Shown here: positions 51,412-64,000 of the stretch, in pieces
How the letters are laid out: each line of letters begins with the position of its first letter
How positions within the stretch are numbered: position 1 is the first letter of the stretch
Source of the DNA: Octopus sinensis
Lineage: Eukaryota
DNA: 64,000 nt
NCBI RefSeq assembly: GCF_006345805.1
Contig: NC_043008.1
Coordinates: 72,354,001 to 72,418,000, forward strand
Direction: 5' to 3'
The notes under the pieces: model-generated
Seen by the model: the letters and a program-made list of their open reading frames with translations, nothing else
Database searches by the model: none
What the model was told of the DNA's origin: nothing
Made by a program: the position numbers and the translations under genes

Positions 51412-51596
51412 AAGGCAGTGAGATGGCAGAACCATTAGCATTCTGGGCAAAATACTTAGCAGCATTTTATACATCTTTATGTTCTGCATTCAAATTCTAC
51501 TGAGGTTGACTCTGCTTTTTATCCTTTCAGGTTGATCTAATTGAATTACCTACTCCTCCAAAATTACTGCCCTCATGCCAATATCTGAAGCCAATA
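51412..51596 (+). mobile_element. SINE family B, CpG-depleted
   Basis: GGCAGTGAGATGGCAGAACCATTAGC...TGAGGTTGACTCTGC, with consensus CpGs read as TG/CA. Confidence 0.75.
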
Positions 51597-52875
51597 TTAC
51601 ATTCATTTTCTGTTTTTCTTTCACTTTATATGCTGGATGTTATCAGCTAGTACACAGTTGAACTAATAAACACAAATTTATAAATTCTCACAACACTCTA
51701 TGCTCACCTAGCTATATATATCAAGCTTGTCGTTTTTTCCGCAATATCAAAGTTGAATTTGTGCTATTGAATCGTTGTACCAAAATGACTGGAAGAGGTA
51801 TATTTTTGGTTTACATCTCCAAAAGAAGAGAAAATTATGTATGATGTGTCGTTGTTATATCTGCAAACATTCCTTTAATTTTCTGAAATTAATGGTCCTC
51901 GACTTTTGATCAAACAGTCATTTTCCTCATGGAAACTACAAAATCACTAACAATTTTTGAACCTCGACTTAAGAACAAACATCTGCGCTTCTGATTAACC
52001 TAACATATTTCTGATTAAAAAACATTATGTTCCTGTTTAACCAACTGTCTTTCTCCATATTAAACAGATGTTTTATCTGATTTAACACGTCTTTTTACAC
52101 ATTAGGTTTTTCATGGAACAACACAACATATGTTTAGAAGCACATTTTTCTTTATGCTTCTGAGCATCACCTTTGTTTGTAAGTTCACCATTATTTTCTA
52201 CCTTTGATCAAACAATTTTGTTTATAACAACTGTGAGATTCTCTACCTGTGTACTATCATACTTCTAATGTTACAGTAACACTGATTAGCCCAGTTATTT
52301 TTAACCAGCCGTATGCATACATCTGTTCCCACCTGACCAGCAGCCGTTTATCACAGTCTTTTGACACATATATTTATACCACTGCCAGCATAATGTCAGA
52401 GGCGGTAGTTTCACCTCCATTATCCATCACCATTAGTCAGCAAGAACTGTTTTAACTACGATGCACTAATCCCCAGTCATGCAGAACATTAACCGACTCA
52501 ATGTCGACACATCAGTACCAACATCTCTTACACGAGACAGTTTGACAATGAAAGAAACAACTACAAATGTAGAATATTCACCATCTGAAAATAAGAAGAA
52601 AAAAAAGATCAACCAGTAGAAATTATGGCTTTAATTACTAGTTTCCTATATAAACAGGATATGTCTTGGATAGTTTTTATATGTCATTAATTCTTCAAGC
52701 AATACAAAATTTCATTTTATTCTGCTTTTTTCTTTTTATAAAATTATAATTAATCACATAAACTTTTTAAACTGTTTTAAACATGCAAATTTCCAGCAAC
52801 AAGTATTTCCTTTCTCTCCATTCGAATTAAGATGTATTCAATTTTGATGTCTTTCATACACAGACACACAAAGAT

Positions 52876-52908
<33 letters not shown>

Positions 52909-53942
52909 CATACACACACAAGCATACATGTAGAGCAACATAAAGCCAGATGCAATACACATAACTTGGTCATACAGAATAAACAACACGCTTTTTTGCG
53001 GTTTCCGCTTGTTATTTTACTAAAAACAACTTATTCGCCATTTAGAGCAGGTGGTGGCCAATAGTACACAATATGTGTGTTGTGTGTAGTACATACGTGT
53101 GTATGTGTTTGTGCATGCACATGTGCACATGCATGTGCCTCTTCTTGCAAAATGGTAATTACATTGTTTATTTCACCTTTCTGCTTTACAGCTTGTATGA
53201 GAACATATAGACTCATTTGTATGAAAACATTTCTCATGTAGACACACTCTATTGTGCACATGCATGAGCACAAATACAAACCACCTATATAGCTTGCAAA
53301 TACTTCATGCCCAAACACACTGCTTGCACACAAATCATGAAGACTTTCCATTTTATCTTGTGCATACTTACATTCTATGTGTTCATAGACTCTTGACTGA
53401 TTTGCCATATGTATCATTCATACCTGTTAATATATTTCATTAATTATTCAGTTTCAATAACTTGTTTATTATTTTATATTGATCTTCATCGGTTTCTGCT
53501 TTAACAGCAATCTAGAATATGTTTATGTGCTTAATATACCAATCTCATTCAAAGGAAATTTTAGTGTATCACTGATTTGTCACTTGTTTCATTTGGACAC
53601 CACAAGAATAACTATGAGGCAGCCATATTGGCTATATGAAGCAATTTTTCAAAATTGAAAGTTTAATATCCTGGCCATGGGCTCAGTACAAGATTTCTTC
53701 AAGAGCACTATAACAGAAAGTTCTTGTACTCACAAAAACAGAAGAGTGCTTTAATGTACCATCTCAAAAATTTATTGACTCAGACACTTGCCTGTGTATA
53801 GAAGGCTATTTTGTCTTTTGAACCAGGTAGATTCTAGAACTTTGTTTGTTCTCTTTTCGGAGTTAAAACTAAGTAGGGAAAACATTTGTGGTGATAATAT
53901 CCACAGCCACTCATATACATGTACTACAGTATACAGTATATA

Positions 53943-54140
53943 TTCGCTATGATAGATCGGAAGCCACTATACACATTTTTTTTTCTCTCCTTGTTTCTTT
54001 TCGTATTCCTTTCTGTTGAAGAGTGTAGGCTCGAAACGTTAAAGACTTTTTCAATTCCCAAGCATTATACTAATACATCTGTTTGTTTTCTACACCACAT
54101 GTCTTCGTCTTTTGTTTTTTTCATGAATTCTCCCCTTGCC
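53943..54140 (+). mobile_element. 198-bp hammerhead-bearing mini-element with 10-bp TSD
   Basis: ACAGTATATA at 53933-53942 and 54141-54150; hammerhead-like motif inside. Confidence 0.65.
54009..54044 (+). ncRNA. Minimal hammerhead-like motif (A6U variant)
   Basis: CTTT-CTGTTGA-A-GAGT-gtag-GCTC-GAAA-CG-TT-AAAG. Confidence 0.5.
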
Positions 54141-55090
54141 ACAGTATATAGATCAACATAGAGATGATGAGGGCATTTAAGGTGATATTAACAACTGCTG
54201 TGTTGTTGTCTTGTGGAGCAAGATGAATGGAGTTACAGGTTGGAAGAGGCCTGTATGGACTCATAAGTCATTATGATACCCACATATCTATAAGGCTATT
54301 CTGGAGCTGTGTCTAGTTCTGAGCACAAAAATACAACAGCTTAAAGGGAAGAGGCAGGACAGAAGAGCTTGTACCAACAGAAATCACATGAAAGCTTTGT
54401 GACTAGAGTGTTAAAAAAAAAAGAAACATCAACAGCAGCATATTCCAGAGGATGCATTCTAACAGTATCAGTCAAAGTCTTGAATTTGGCAGGAGACTGC
54501 CCTGTCCTTTGTTCTAGAACATAACCAGGAAATAGACGTTTAGTTTCTCAGTCAATGTGTATCATTGATAATGAAGGAGAGATGATGAAGGAAATGTGGC
54601 CACAGCAACAGAATCAAACCTAATCTCAGTCCTCACAACACAAAGCAACAGCCATACAACTACATCATCTTGGAAGGTTTGGTTGGGGAGAAAAAGAACG
54701 TCAACAACTCCAATGGAAACACAAATATGAAAAGGAAATCTCCCCCAAAATAAAGATAAAATCCACCCTAAAACACCAAAAGTGGATTTTAGGGAGGAAC
54801 AACATTTTCAAAACAACAATGCTGCCTCTACTTAGAGTAGTAATAAACACAACGACAAGGAAGGTGAACAAGTGACATTCGGTTCCTTTGAAGATCATAC
54901 CAACAGAACCACATGCCTGTAGCACAACAATGATGTAAAAATGACTGAGTTGCCTTTGGAGGTTACAACATAAAATATATGCAAAAAACAAGTTTGTAAA
55001 AACAATACAAAGACATTACAATTCAGTGAAACATACATATCTTGAAGATATCTGTCAACTTAGCTGTACAAACTTTCAGCATTGACAACA

Positions 55091-55308
55091 ATATTGATTT
55101 CAAATTTTAGCACAAGGTCAGCAATTTCTGGGGACAGAGTGAGTCACTTACATCGACCCCAGTTCTCAGCTGGTAATTATTTTATTGATCCTGAAAAAAT
55201 GAAAGGCAAAGCTGACCTCAGTAGAATTTGAACTTAGAATGTAAAGACAGACAAAATGCTGCTCAGCATTTTTCCCAGAGTGCTAATGATTCTGACAGCT
55301 CGCTGCCT
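55091..55308 (-). mobile_element. SINE family B, CpG-depleted
   Basis: TGAAAGGCAAAGCTGACCTCAGTAGAATTTGAAC. Confidence 0.8.
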
Positions 55309-55322
55309 CCTTCATATTATTA

Positions 55323-55535
55323 ATATTCATTTCAGCTTTTGGCACAAGGCCAGCAATTTCTGGGGGAGGGAGTGAGTCAATTACATCGACTCAACTGGTA
55401 CTTATTTTATTGACCCCAAGGGGATGAAAGGCAAAGTCTACCTCAGCAGAATTTGAACTCAGAACATAAAGGCAGACAAAATACCGGTAAGCATTTTGTT
55501 TGGCATGCTAATGATTCTGCCAGCTCACTGCCTTA
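55323..55535 (-). mobile_element. SINE family B, adjacent second copy
   Basis: GGATGAAAGGCAAAGTCTACCTCAGCAGAATTTGAACTCAGAAC. Confidence 0.8.
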
Positions 55536-55564
55536 ATAACACAAAATACCGGAATATGATATAA

Positions 55565-56520
55565 TTGCCTACATCTCCACCTGAAAATGTACACCTCCAC
55601 CACTATCACCATCACCATCACAAACAAGCAGACCACCAACACTGTCACCTTCTCCTCAGTCACCATCACCATCTCACCACTATCTCTACCATGACCACCC
55701 TCATTAACACCACAATCTCTATCACCATTACTAGGACTATCATCAACACCATCACTACATCCACCACTAGAACCATCATCCCTGGCTCCAACATCACTGC
55801 CACCACCCACACTCCCATAATCATGAACACCCAACAGACTCTATCACCAAAATCACCACCACTGCAACCACCATTCCCACAATCAAAGGCAATACTGTCA
55901 TTACCATCACAACTACCTCCACCACTATCTCCATCACAAATCATCTTCAAAATGACCACGACCAGTAACTCAACTACCACCATCATCACACCAAAACCAC
56001 CACCATCTCACTATCACTAATACCACCACCTCCATCAACACCATCACAACTATCATATTAGCACCACCTTCATCACAGCCACCACCATCATCACCTCACT
56101 CCCACTACCATCAGCATCATTGTACCACCACCACCACCATCTCACCATCACAACCATCATATTACCACCACCTCCATTACAGCCACCACCATCATCACCT
56201 CACTCCCACTACCATCAGCATCATTGTACCACCACCAACATCATCATTATCACTGACATCATCACCCCCACTACCATCACTACCACTATATCATTATCCT
56301 CATCACTACCACTGCCACCTCCACCACCATCATAACAGTAACCATTTTCACTACCACCACCATGGCCACCATCACTAACAACTCCATCATCACCACCACC
56401 ACCAGTGTCCTTAATACAACCACCATAATCATCATCGTTGCACCCAGCAGCAGCAGCAGCTCCACCACCACCAGAAGCATCAACCATAATGCCACCACTA
56501 GGACTACCATTACACAAGCA
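55565..56520. repeat. (CAC/CAT)n low-complexity tract with an internal ~50-bp duplication
   Basis: CATCATCACCTCACTCCCACTACCATCAGCATCATTGTACCACCA occurs twice (~56088 and ~56190). Confidence 0.9.
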
Positions 56521-56974
56521 ACGAAGTATAACAATAGAAATTTAAAGAACTGTTTTGTTTCCAGCTGACCAGTTCTCCATTGTCTCTCAGAGCTAATTCC
56601 ATCTTCTCCTACAGACTGACTGCTACCATTTCATTCCTGCAGTGAAGTGTTTACCAATTTAGTGAATATTTACCACAAAGTTCCACACTACTGCTAAACC
56701 TATGTTTTTCCAGTCTGATGGTAATACAAATAAAAGAAATACATTAATTAGTGTTAAATAATTTAATTAAATTATTAATGACTGCCTATCGAGACACTTT
56801 AGTGCTGATATATATATATATATATATATGTTTGTATGTGTAAGAGTGTGTGGAAGTGTGTGTGCATGCGCGTGCGTGTGTGTGTGTGTGTTAGAGTGTG
56901 TGCATTTCTGTGTATATATAGTTGTATGAGTTTATATTATTTTATTTTTATGCATGAATGTACATGTGGGTATA

Positions 56975-57005
<31 letters not shown>

Positions 57006-57233
57006 ATGCAGGATATATATGTCTCTCACTCTCTCAATTTAAGTACATATATACATATATATACTCACACACACACGCACACACTCATATATATATATAT
57101 ATACACTTTTACACACAGCCATATACATATATACGTGTGTGTATATGTATATATGTTTTTTATATATATATGGATAGATAGATAAAAAGAAAGATAGATC
57201 TAGACAGATGTAAATATATGTATATGTAACATA

Positions 57234-57264
<31 letters not shown>

Positions 57265-57286
57265 ATATATATATATGTGTGTGTGT

Positions 57287-57326
<40 letters not shown>

Positions 57327-57910
57327 TGTGTATGCACACACACATATATTAGCAGAAAAAAGTGGGTGTGAGATAAGGAGAGAGTGTTTCTGTGTCTCTC
57401 TCCAGCCATGCTTATGGCAACAAAACGCATGACTGTTCAGCTCATTGCATCGGTCCAGGAATCAATATTACAATAAAATTATTAGTCATGCAATAATGAG
57501 AACAGTGGGAGCACTGTAAAATAGCAGAATAATTTATTGTTTCCTTGTTAGTGCTGTACGAAAACCAAACTACACAGTCTTACCATTTGTCTCTGAGAGT
57601 CTGCTGCCATATCCAGGAGCAGAATTTTTCTCTCCATTCTATTCACACAGTAGAATTCATTGCAACAGACACAATGAGATGATAAACAAAAAAACATTCA
57701 AGCTCTCATGTATATGTGATATCAGATGACTATGTGTATATTATATTTTCTTTATATACATACATATAATACATATATATACACATACACACACACATAT
57801 ATATATATACACATATATCTATCTATCTATCTATCTATCTATATATACATATATATATATATCTTCTCCCCCACTCTCTCTCTTTTCCCCCCTCTCTCTC
57901 TTTCCTCCTC

Positions 57911-58055
57911 TCTTTCAGTTTCCGTCTACAAAATCCACTCACAAGGCTTTGGTCGGCCCAAGGCTATAGTAGAAGACACTTGCCCAAGGTGCCACACAGT
58001 GGGACTGAACCTGGAACCATGTTGTCGGTATGCAAGCTACTTATCACACAGCCAC
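57911..58055 (-). mobile_element. SINE family A, head half
   Basis: TTTCAGTTTCCGTCTACAAAATCCACTCACAAGG...CACACAGCCAC. Confidence 0.85.
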
Positions 58056-58339
58056 ACCCATTAATTGTATTTATATAAACCTAAGATTTATAGTGATCTC
58101 CATGCAAGAAAAATGGTCTAATCATGGGACATATAATCCATTGAGAGAAAAAAGTAGGCTTTCCTATCCACATGGAACTCAAACCCACATCCCTTTGTTA
58201 GCATAACTAAGTGTCGAAGGGTCATATACCCCATTACTAGATTATTTTTCTTAGTCATTGCACAGTGATGGCTATAAGCTTTAGGCTTATATAAATACCA
58301 TTATTATTATTTACAGGACTGTGAAACCAGGCACCGTAT

Positions 58340-58356
58340 AACAAAACTGTTCATAT

Positions 58357-58399
<43 letters not shown>

Positions 58400-58683
58400 C
58401 ACACACATATATCCATACATACATACATATACACACACATAAATATGTATACATATATATAAAATGTATATATACATATATATGTACATATATGCACATA
58501 TAATACACACACATATATATAATACATATATATATATATACATACACATACATATATGTGTATATATATATGCACATATATACATATAAATATATACATA
58601 TATATATACATATATATATACATATATAAATATATATATATACATATATATACATATAAATATATATATATATACATATACAT

Positions 58684-58717
<34 letters not shown>

Positions 58718-58850
58718 ATATACATATGTATACACATACATCTGCATATACATACATATATAAACACACACATATACATACATATATATATATATATATA
58801 TACATACATACATACATACATACATACACACATACATATACTTATATATA
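58340..58850. repeat. Compound (TA)/(CA) microsatellite
   Basis: Direct inspection. Confidence 0.95.
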
Positions 58851-59589
58851 TGGGTGGGATGTAACAATGAGTACATAATTTACAATCTATTTTATCTATC
58901 TATGCTTGTTAATGCCTACATATATTCAGGCAAATACCTTTTCTAGTGTGTTTATATATATGTGTGTATGTGTATGTATGTGTATGTATGTCTGTATATG
59001 TGCTTAATATGTGTTTATATATATATGTGTTCATGTGTTTATTTATGAGTGTGTGCATGTGACTCTGAATTCTGATCTCAGAAGGCCTAACCAATTTTCT
59101 AGAAAACTAAACATTAACTATTTGAAATAAAAGAGTATATAAACAACCAACGAACCAATTAAACAGGCAAAAAACAACAAAATCTCGTAGAGCAAACTAT
59201 TTAAACCAACAGTGGTACCTCCTTTAGAAATGCCACATTGAGAATTTCTCAATCAATTATTTATTCAGGCTTTGTCTGAGAGTTCCAATCAGGAATGGTC
59301 AACTGACCATGAAATTAGAAAGAAAAACATACGCACAAAAAAAAAGTCCCAAACTTAATTTCACAAGAGTGAAAGTTCCAGAAAAAATAATACAGAAAAA
59401 AAAAGTACAAAAATATAAATTTAATTAAGAAACCTTATTTAAAAGTCACCCAAATCAAATCAAATTCTATGTATGTGTGCTTGTGGTTTTGAGTATGAGT
59501 GTATGTGTGCTTGTGTTTGCGTGGGTATATGCCTATATAGATAGAGCTATAAATAAATACACAGAGTAACACAAGCTTACGCACAATCT

Positions 59590-59773
59590 ATGTATATACA
59601 TGTGTGTATGTATGTATTTATTTATATGCACACATATATATACATATATGTGTGTATGTACATATATATATGTATATATATATAAAAATATATACATATA
59701 TGTATATATATGTATATATATGTACATATATGTATATATATGTATATATATATATGTACATATATATATGTAC

Positions 59774-59828
<55 letters not shown>

Positions 59829-59915
59829 CATATATATACACAGACATATATATATATAATATATATATATATACACACACACATATGCATTGTACATATA
59901 TATATATATATATAA
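59590..59915. repeat. Compound (TA)/(TG) microsatellite
   Basis: Direct inspection. Confidence 0.95.
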
Positions 59916-60499
59916 ACCCTGATTATGCTTTAATTTCCAAACACAAAAGTGCTCTGAATATTGTGTGCTTGAGACAGTAATATAGAGATTTGGTTACATG
60001 TACTTGTGTGGTATACATATAAACATGTGTGTATGTAATATGTGGGAGAAATGGAATGTGAGAGTGTGTGAATGTGTATGTGAGTATGTTTAAGCTTATT
60101 GAACCATACATTGTGATTTATGCCACTTGCTTCCAGCAAAGATGGTTGCTTTATGTTGAATAACCCCTCAACATATTATTTACCTTAATATATAGTGTTC
60201 CAGCAAACCTTCAGCCTTGGTTTGGATGTAGTAACCTCTAGAGCAACACACCTGTTTCTGCCCACATTCTCTCACTCTCTCTTTCTCTCTCTCCTCTTGC
60301 TCTTTCTTGTTATATATCCCCCCTCTCTCTCTTTCCCCTTTCTCTCTCCAATTCTTTCCCTCATCCTCTACAACAAGACACTTGTTTCTGCCACTCAATC
60401 TCTCTGACACACTCTAACCTTTCATCATCTGACACATAATCACCTCCTCCAATGCCCCCTCCCCTCTCAAATTTCCTTGTCTTACAATTTACTTGGTGA

Positions 60500-60790
60500 T
60501 TCTGCCTGTGCTGGTGCTATGTAAAGAGCATCCAGTCCACACTGTGAAGTGGATGGCTTTTGGATAGGCATCCAGCTGTAAAAACCATGCCAGAACTGAT
60601 CGCGCCTGTGCTTGTGCCATGTAAAGAGCACTCAGTCTACTCTGTGTGGTGGCTGGTGTTAAAAAGACCATCCAAATCATGCCAAAACAGACACAGAAGT
60701 ATGCTGCAGTCTTCTACCTGGTGGGCTCCTATCAAATTATCCAAATCTTGCCAGCATGGAAAGCAGACATTAAGCACTGATGATAATGTT
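60500..60790 (+). mobile_element. Repeat family D, decayed
   Basis: GGCATCCAGCTGTAAAAACCATGCCAG...GCCAGCATGGAAAGCAGACATTAAG. Confidence 0.65.
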
Positions 60791-60950
60791 GATGTATATG
60801 AAGCCATCACCCATTTAATTCTTATGTGAGTTTTATTCCATGTAATATGCATTGAACGAAACTTTGTTGAGACTGTAATCTATGGTTGGTACCTTTCCTA
60901 TCATCATCACTCTATCTTATCCAAGAATGTGATTAAATTTTTGGAGACAG

Positions 60951-61369
60951 CATAGCTATGTGGTAAGAAGCTTATTTCCCAAACATATTTCCAGGTTCAG
61001 TTCCACAATATGGCACATTGGGGAGGTGTTTTCTACTATATCCACAGGCCAACCAAGGCTCTGTGAGTGGATTTGGTAGACAGAAACTGAAAGAAGGTGC
61101 TAAATATGTGTGTGTGTATGTGTGTGTGTGTACATGTGTGTCTGATTGCATGTGTGTTTGGTGATCCCTTTGTCCTTCACTGCCACCTGACAACCAGTGT
61201 TGGTTTGTTTATTTCCCTATAACTTAGCAGTTCAGCAGAAGAGACCAATAGAATAAATACCAAGTTTGGGAATAGAAATAAACCTTGGGGTTAATCCAAT
61301 CAACTAAAAACCCAAGGTGGTGCTACAGTATGGCTACAATCTGATGACTGAAACAAGTAAATGATAGAA
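60951..61369 (+). mobile_element. SINE family A, full length, CpG-depleted
   Basis: GCTATGTGGTAAGAAGCTT...GTGAGTGGATTTGGTAGACAGAAACTGAAAGAAG...GACTGAAACAAGTAAA. Confidence 0.85.
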
Positions 61370-61496
61370 GATTCCCCTCGTATTTCATACTATGAATCAC
61401 TCAATGGCCTGACATGTTTCAGTGGATGGAGCAAATATTGACATCACCTAAATACACAGACACACACACTCACACACACACACACGTATCTATCTA

Positions 61497-61534
<38 letters not shown>

Positions 61535-62249
61535 CATATATACCCACACACACATATAGAGATATATCTCTTCCTTGAAATGTCAGGAACATTTCAACTA
61601 TTTCCTTCTTCTTAAGCATGAGATTAAAAATTACAAGCTAACTTTTCACTTTATCATTCATGTTCTTATTTCCATCATTAAATGATGAATATAATATACA
61701 TACATACAAAATGTATATATGTGTACAAACATGTATACACACACGCACACACACACATCCATGCATACACATTTGCATTCACTATTTTCATATTAACCCA
61801 GTCACAGAGACACACAAACACATAAACACACACATGCACACATATGTATATAGATATAGATATATGCACACAAAATATCATTAACTTTCTTTTCAATCTC
61901 CAAGCAACCACATCCATCACAAAGTTCTTCCTTACATTATTTGGAAAACATGTACTTGTTACACATATATGTACCACCCTATCTTCAAAATACATTTTCA
62001 CAATGTTACCTATTCTACACATTCAAACTTCACTTAGACTTTTTTCCAACATCACCTGCAATGTTTCATACATACATACAATCCTCAGCAATAAATCTTA
62101 TGCCTGTCCATACCAACACCATTCACAACAAGCTTATAAGTGAATGACTTCACATAAGCATAACTCACATCTCTAAAATTACAACACACTCTTCAAATTC
62201 ACATTAGAACAGTTTCACCTCAAATGAATATGAACACAACATTGTCCAG

Positions 62250-62479
62250 TATTCTGTTGTGTCTGGGGAGAGTCATTTTCTCTTTGTGCCTTATTTCTTA
62301 TTTTTATTTTCCTAAAATTTTCATTGGTGTCTTGCAACCTTTTCAATATTGAAAAGGCTGCAAGATGCAACGTAAATTTCAGGAAAATAAAAATAAGAAA
62401 TAAGTGGAAATTTCACCAGTGAGTGTGCTACATTATAAGGCACAAAAAGAAAATGACTCTCCCCAGACGCAACAGAATA
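62250..62479. repeat. Spacerless palindrome / fold-back MITE
   Basis: Centre CTTTTCAAT|ATTGAAAAG at 62347/62348; outer arms TATTCTGTTGTGTCTGGGGAGAGTCATTTTC / GAAAATGACTCTCCCCAGACGCAACAGAATA; ~35-bp extra segment in the right arm. Confidence 0.9.
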
Positions 62480-62844
62480 TGTTTCAACACACGAACTCAT
62501 ATAAAGAATCTTGCAAACCAAATCCAAAAACAAAATATTGTCCAGTATGTACAGGCATTTAGAAATTCACATGAGAGTGCAAACCCTAGTCTTGCTTATG
62601 CAGATGGATGCTGACAGCTCCATAAAGAAGTGCTGTTCACTCAAAAGGGATGGCACTCATGGAAGAGGGGGACTGAGGAAGACATAGGATGATATACTGA
62701 ACGACAACCTCAGATTGCTGAGCCTTTTGGATGAGATAACAAAGGACTAAGATACTTGATGCCTTTCTTTACTCAAGAGGATCCATCCTCCACAGCAGAA
62801 TTGCTAATGCTATATCTTTGGTGAAGGGGATTGGTTTGCAAGGG

Positions 62845-63085
62845 TCTTGTGCTGGTGCCATGTAAAAAGCACTCATGCTGGTGCTACATAAAAGCACTTC
62901 TGCCAGTGCCACATTAAAAGCACCCAGCATATACTATAAAGTGATTATTGTGAGGAAGTGCATGGAACCTTTGAAACCAAGGCAAATGAGACTGGAACAT
63001 GGTGCAGCTCTACAGCTTGCCAGCTCTACTCAAACCATCCAATCCAAGCCAGCTGTCAAAATGGATGTTAAAGGACGATGATTAT
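62845..63085 (+). mobile_element. Repeat family D with three internal GCTGGTGCCA..AAAAGCAC units
   Basis: Tandem units then ...GGATGTTAAAGGACGATGAT tail. Confidence 0.65.
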
Positions 63086-63172
63086 GTACATGCATGTACA
63101 TATATGTGTATGTATGTGTGTGTGAGTGTGTGTGTGTGTGTGTACAGACACATTGATATATTGGCATATATA

Positions 63173-64000
63173 CAGGGGTTGGACAAAATAATGGGAACAC
63201 CTCAGAATTTCAAGCAAATATATATCTATATGTAATAAGACTGCCTTTGGCAATAATTACAGTTTGAATTCTATGAGGTATGGACTCATACAAAGTTTGA
63301 ATTGTTTCCAAAGGAATTTTTGTCCATTCTTCAGCTAAAACAGTCTCCAGTTCTTGTAGTGATGATGGTAGAGGATATCAACACCTTACTTGTTTTCCTA
63401 AAATACACCATATATGCTCAATAATTTTGAGACCTAGGGATAGGTGGCCAGATAAGTTGTTAAACTTCACTAGAATGTTTCTCGTGCCATTCAGCAACAA
63501 CTTTAGTTGTGTGAATTGGTGCATTATCATCCTGAAAGATTGCGTTTCCCTCTGTAACCATAGGATAAATTTGATCAGATAGGATGCTTAAATAGACTTG
63601 ACTATTAATTCTGCCATGAAGGGAGACCATTGGGCCAGCAGATTTCCAAGATCCCCCACCCAGATCATTACAGATCCTCCTCCATGTTTAACATTGGAAG
63701 AAGGCAGTCTGAGTCAAATGATTCTTTTGTCTCTCTCTACACATATATGCGGCTGGTGGTCAGAAATAAGGTAAAGGATGACTTGTCCAAGAAAATGACA
63801 TTCTTCTACTGCACTAGGGACCAATTCTGTAGGCTTTTACTCCACTCTAAACGCTTTGCAGCATTTGTTTTTGAAAGTAGTGGTTTTCTGATTGCAGACC
63901 TCCCATGAAATCCAGCTTTGTGCAGCTCCCGGTAAACAGTTTTTGTGGAAACCGGGTTCTCAAGGTGGTCATTAAGCTCTGCAGTAATTTTGGGAGCTGT
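63173..64000 (-). mobile_element. Tc1-like transposon (DD34E-type), 3' part, runs off window
   Basis: TA-CAGGGGTTGGACAAAATAATGG TIR; minus strand KNVIFLDKS, IFQDDNAPIH, WPP..S..IIEH, EEWTKIPLETIQTLYESIPHRIQTVIIAKG. Confidence 0.9.

Noticed and set aside
53031-53500. 128-aa minus-strand ORF and nearby splice-like signals
   Set aside because: AG/GT-bounded candidates contain stops in all frames, and the ORF ends in a CA repeat
55508-56568. His/Thr/Pro-rich ORFs
   Set aside because: (CAC/CAT)n low complexity with no splice or homology support
58307-59980. Long YI/CV-repeat ORFs
   Set aside because: Dinucleotide microsatellites

Overview
Repeat-dominated, AT-rich animal genomic DNA, most consistent with an octopus (coleoid cephalopod); this rests on the SINE families and the dense (TA)n/(CA)n/(TAA)n microsatellites and is not database-confirmed. 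No intact protein-coding gene can be supported, and most ORF-track entries are microsatellite or low-complexity artefacts. Recognisable elements: two unrelated Penelope-like retroelements (PLEs), one inside a near-identical 1.4-kb tandem duplication; a cluster of R4/Dong-like LINEs in (TAA)n arrays, one interrupted by a Chapaev3-like DNA transposon with exact TSD; mariner and Tc1 relics; hAT MITEs with 8-bp TSDs; at least four SINE families; mosaic local duplications at 42.5-49.6 kb. The most interesting signal is a set of minimal hammerhead-ribozyme-like motifs in five different carriers. They include a G3:C8 core-swapped variant in a fold-back element, a tRNA-B-box-headed element with a hammerhead 3' module (candidate PLE-mobilised SINE) and a 198-bp TSD-flanked mini-element. 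A sharp CpG-decay boundary near 49.2 kb suggests the right quarter of the window lies in a germline-methylated gene body. All calls were made by eye; boundaries are approximate unless fixed by a TIR or TSD.
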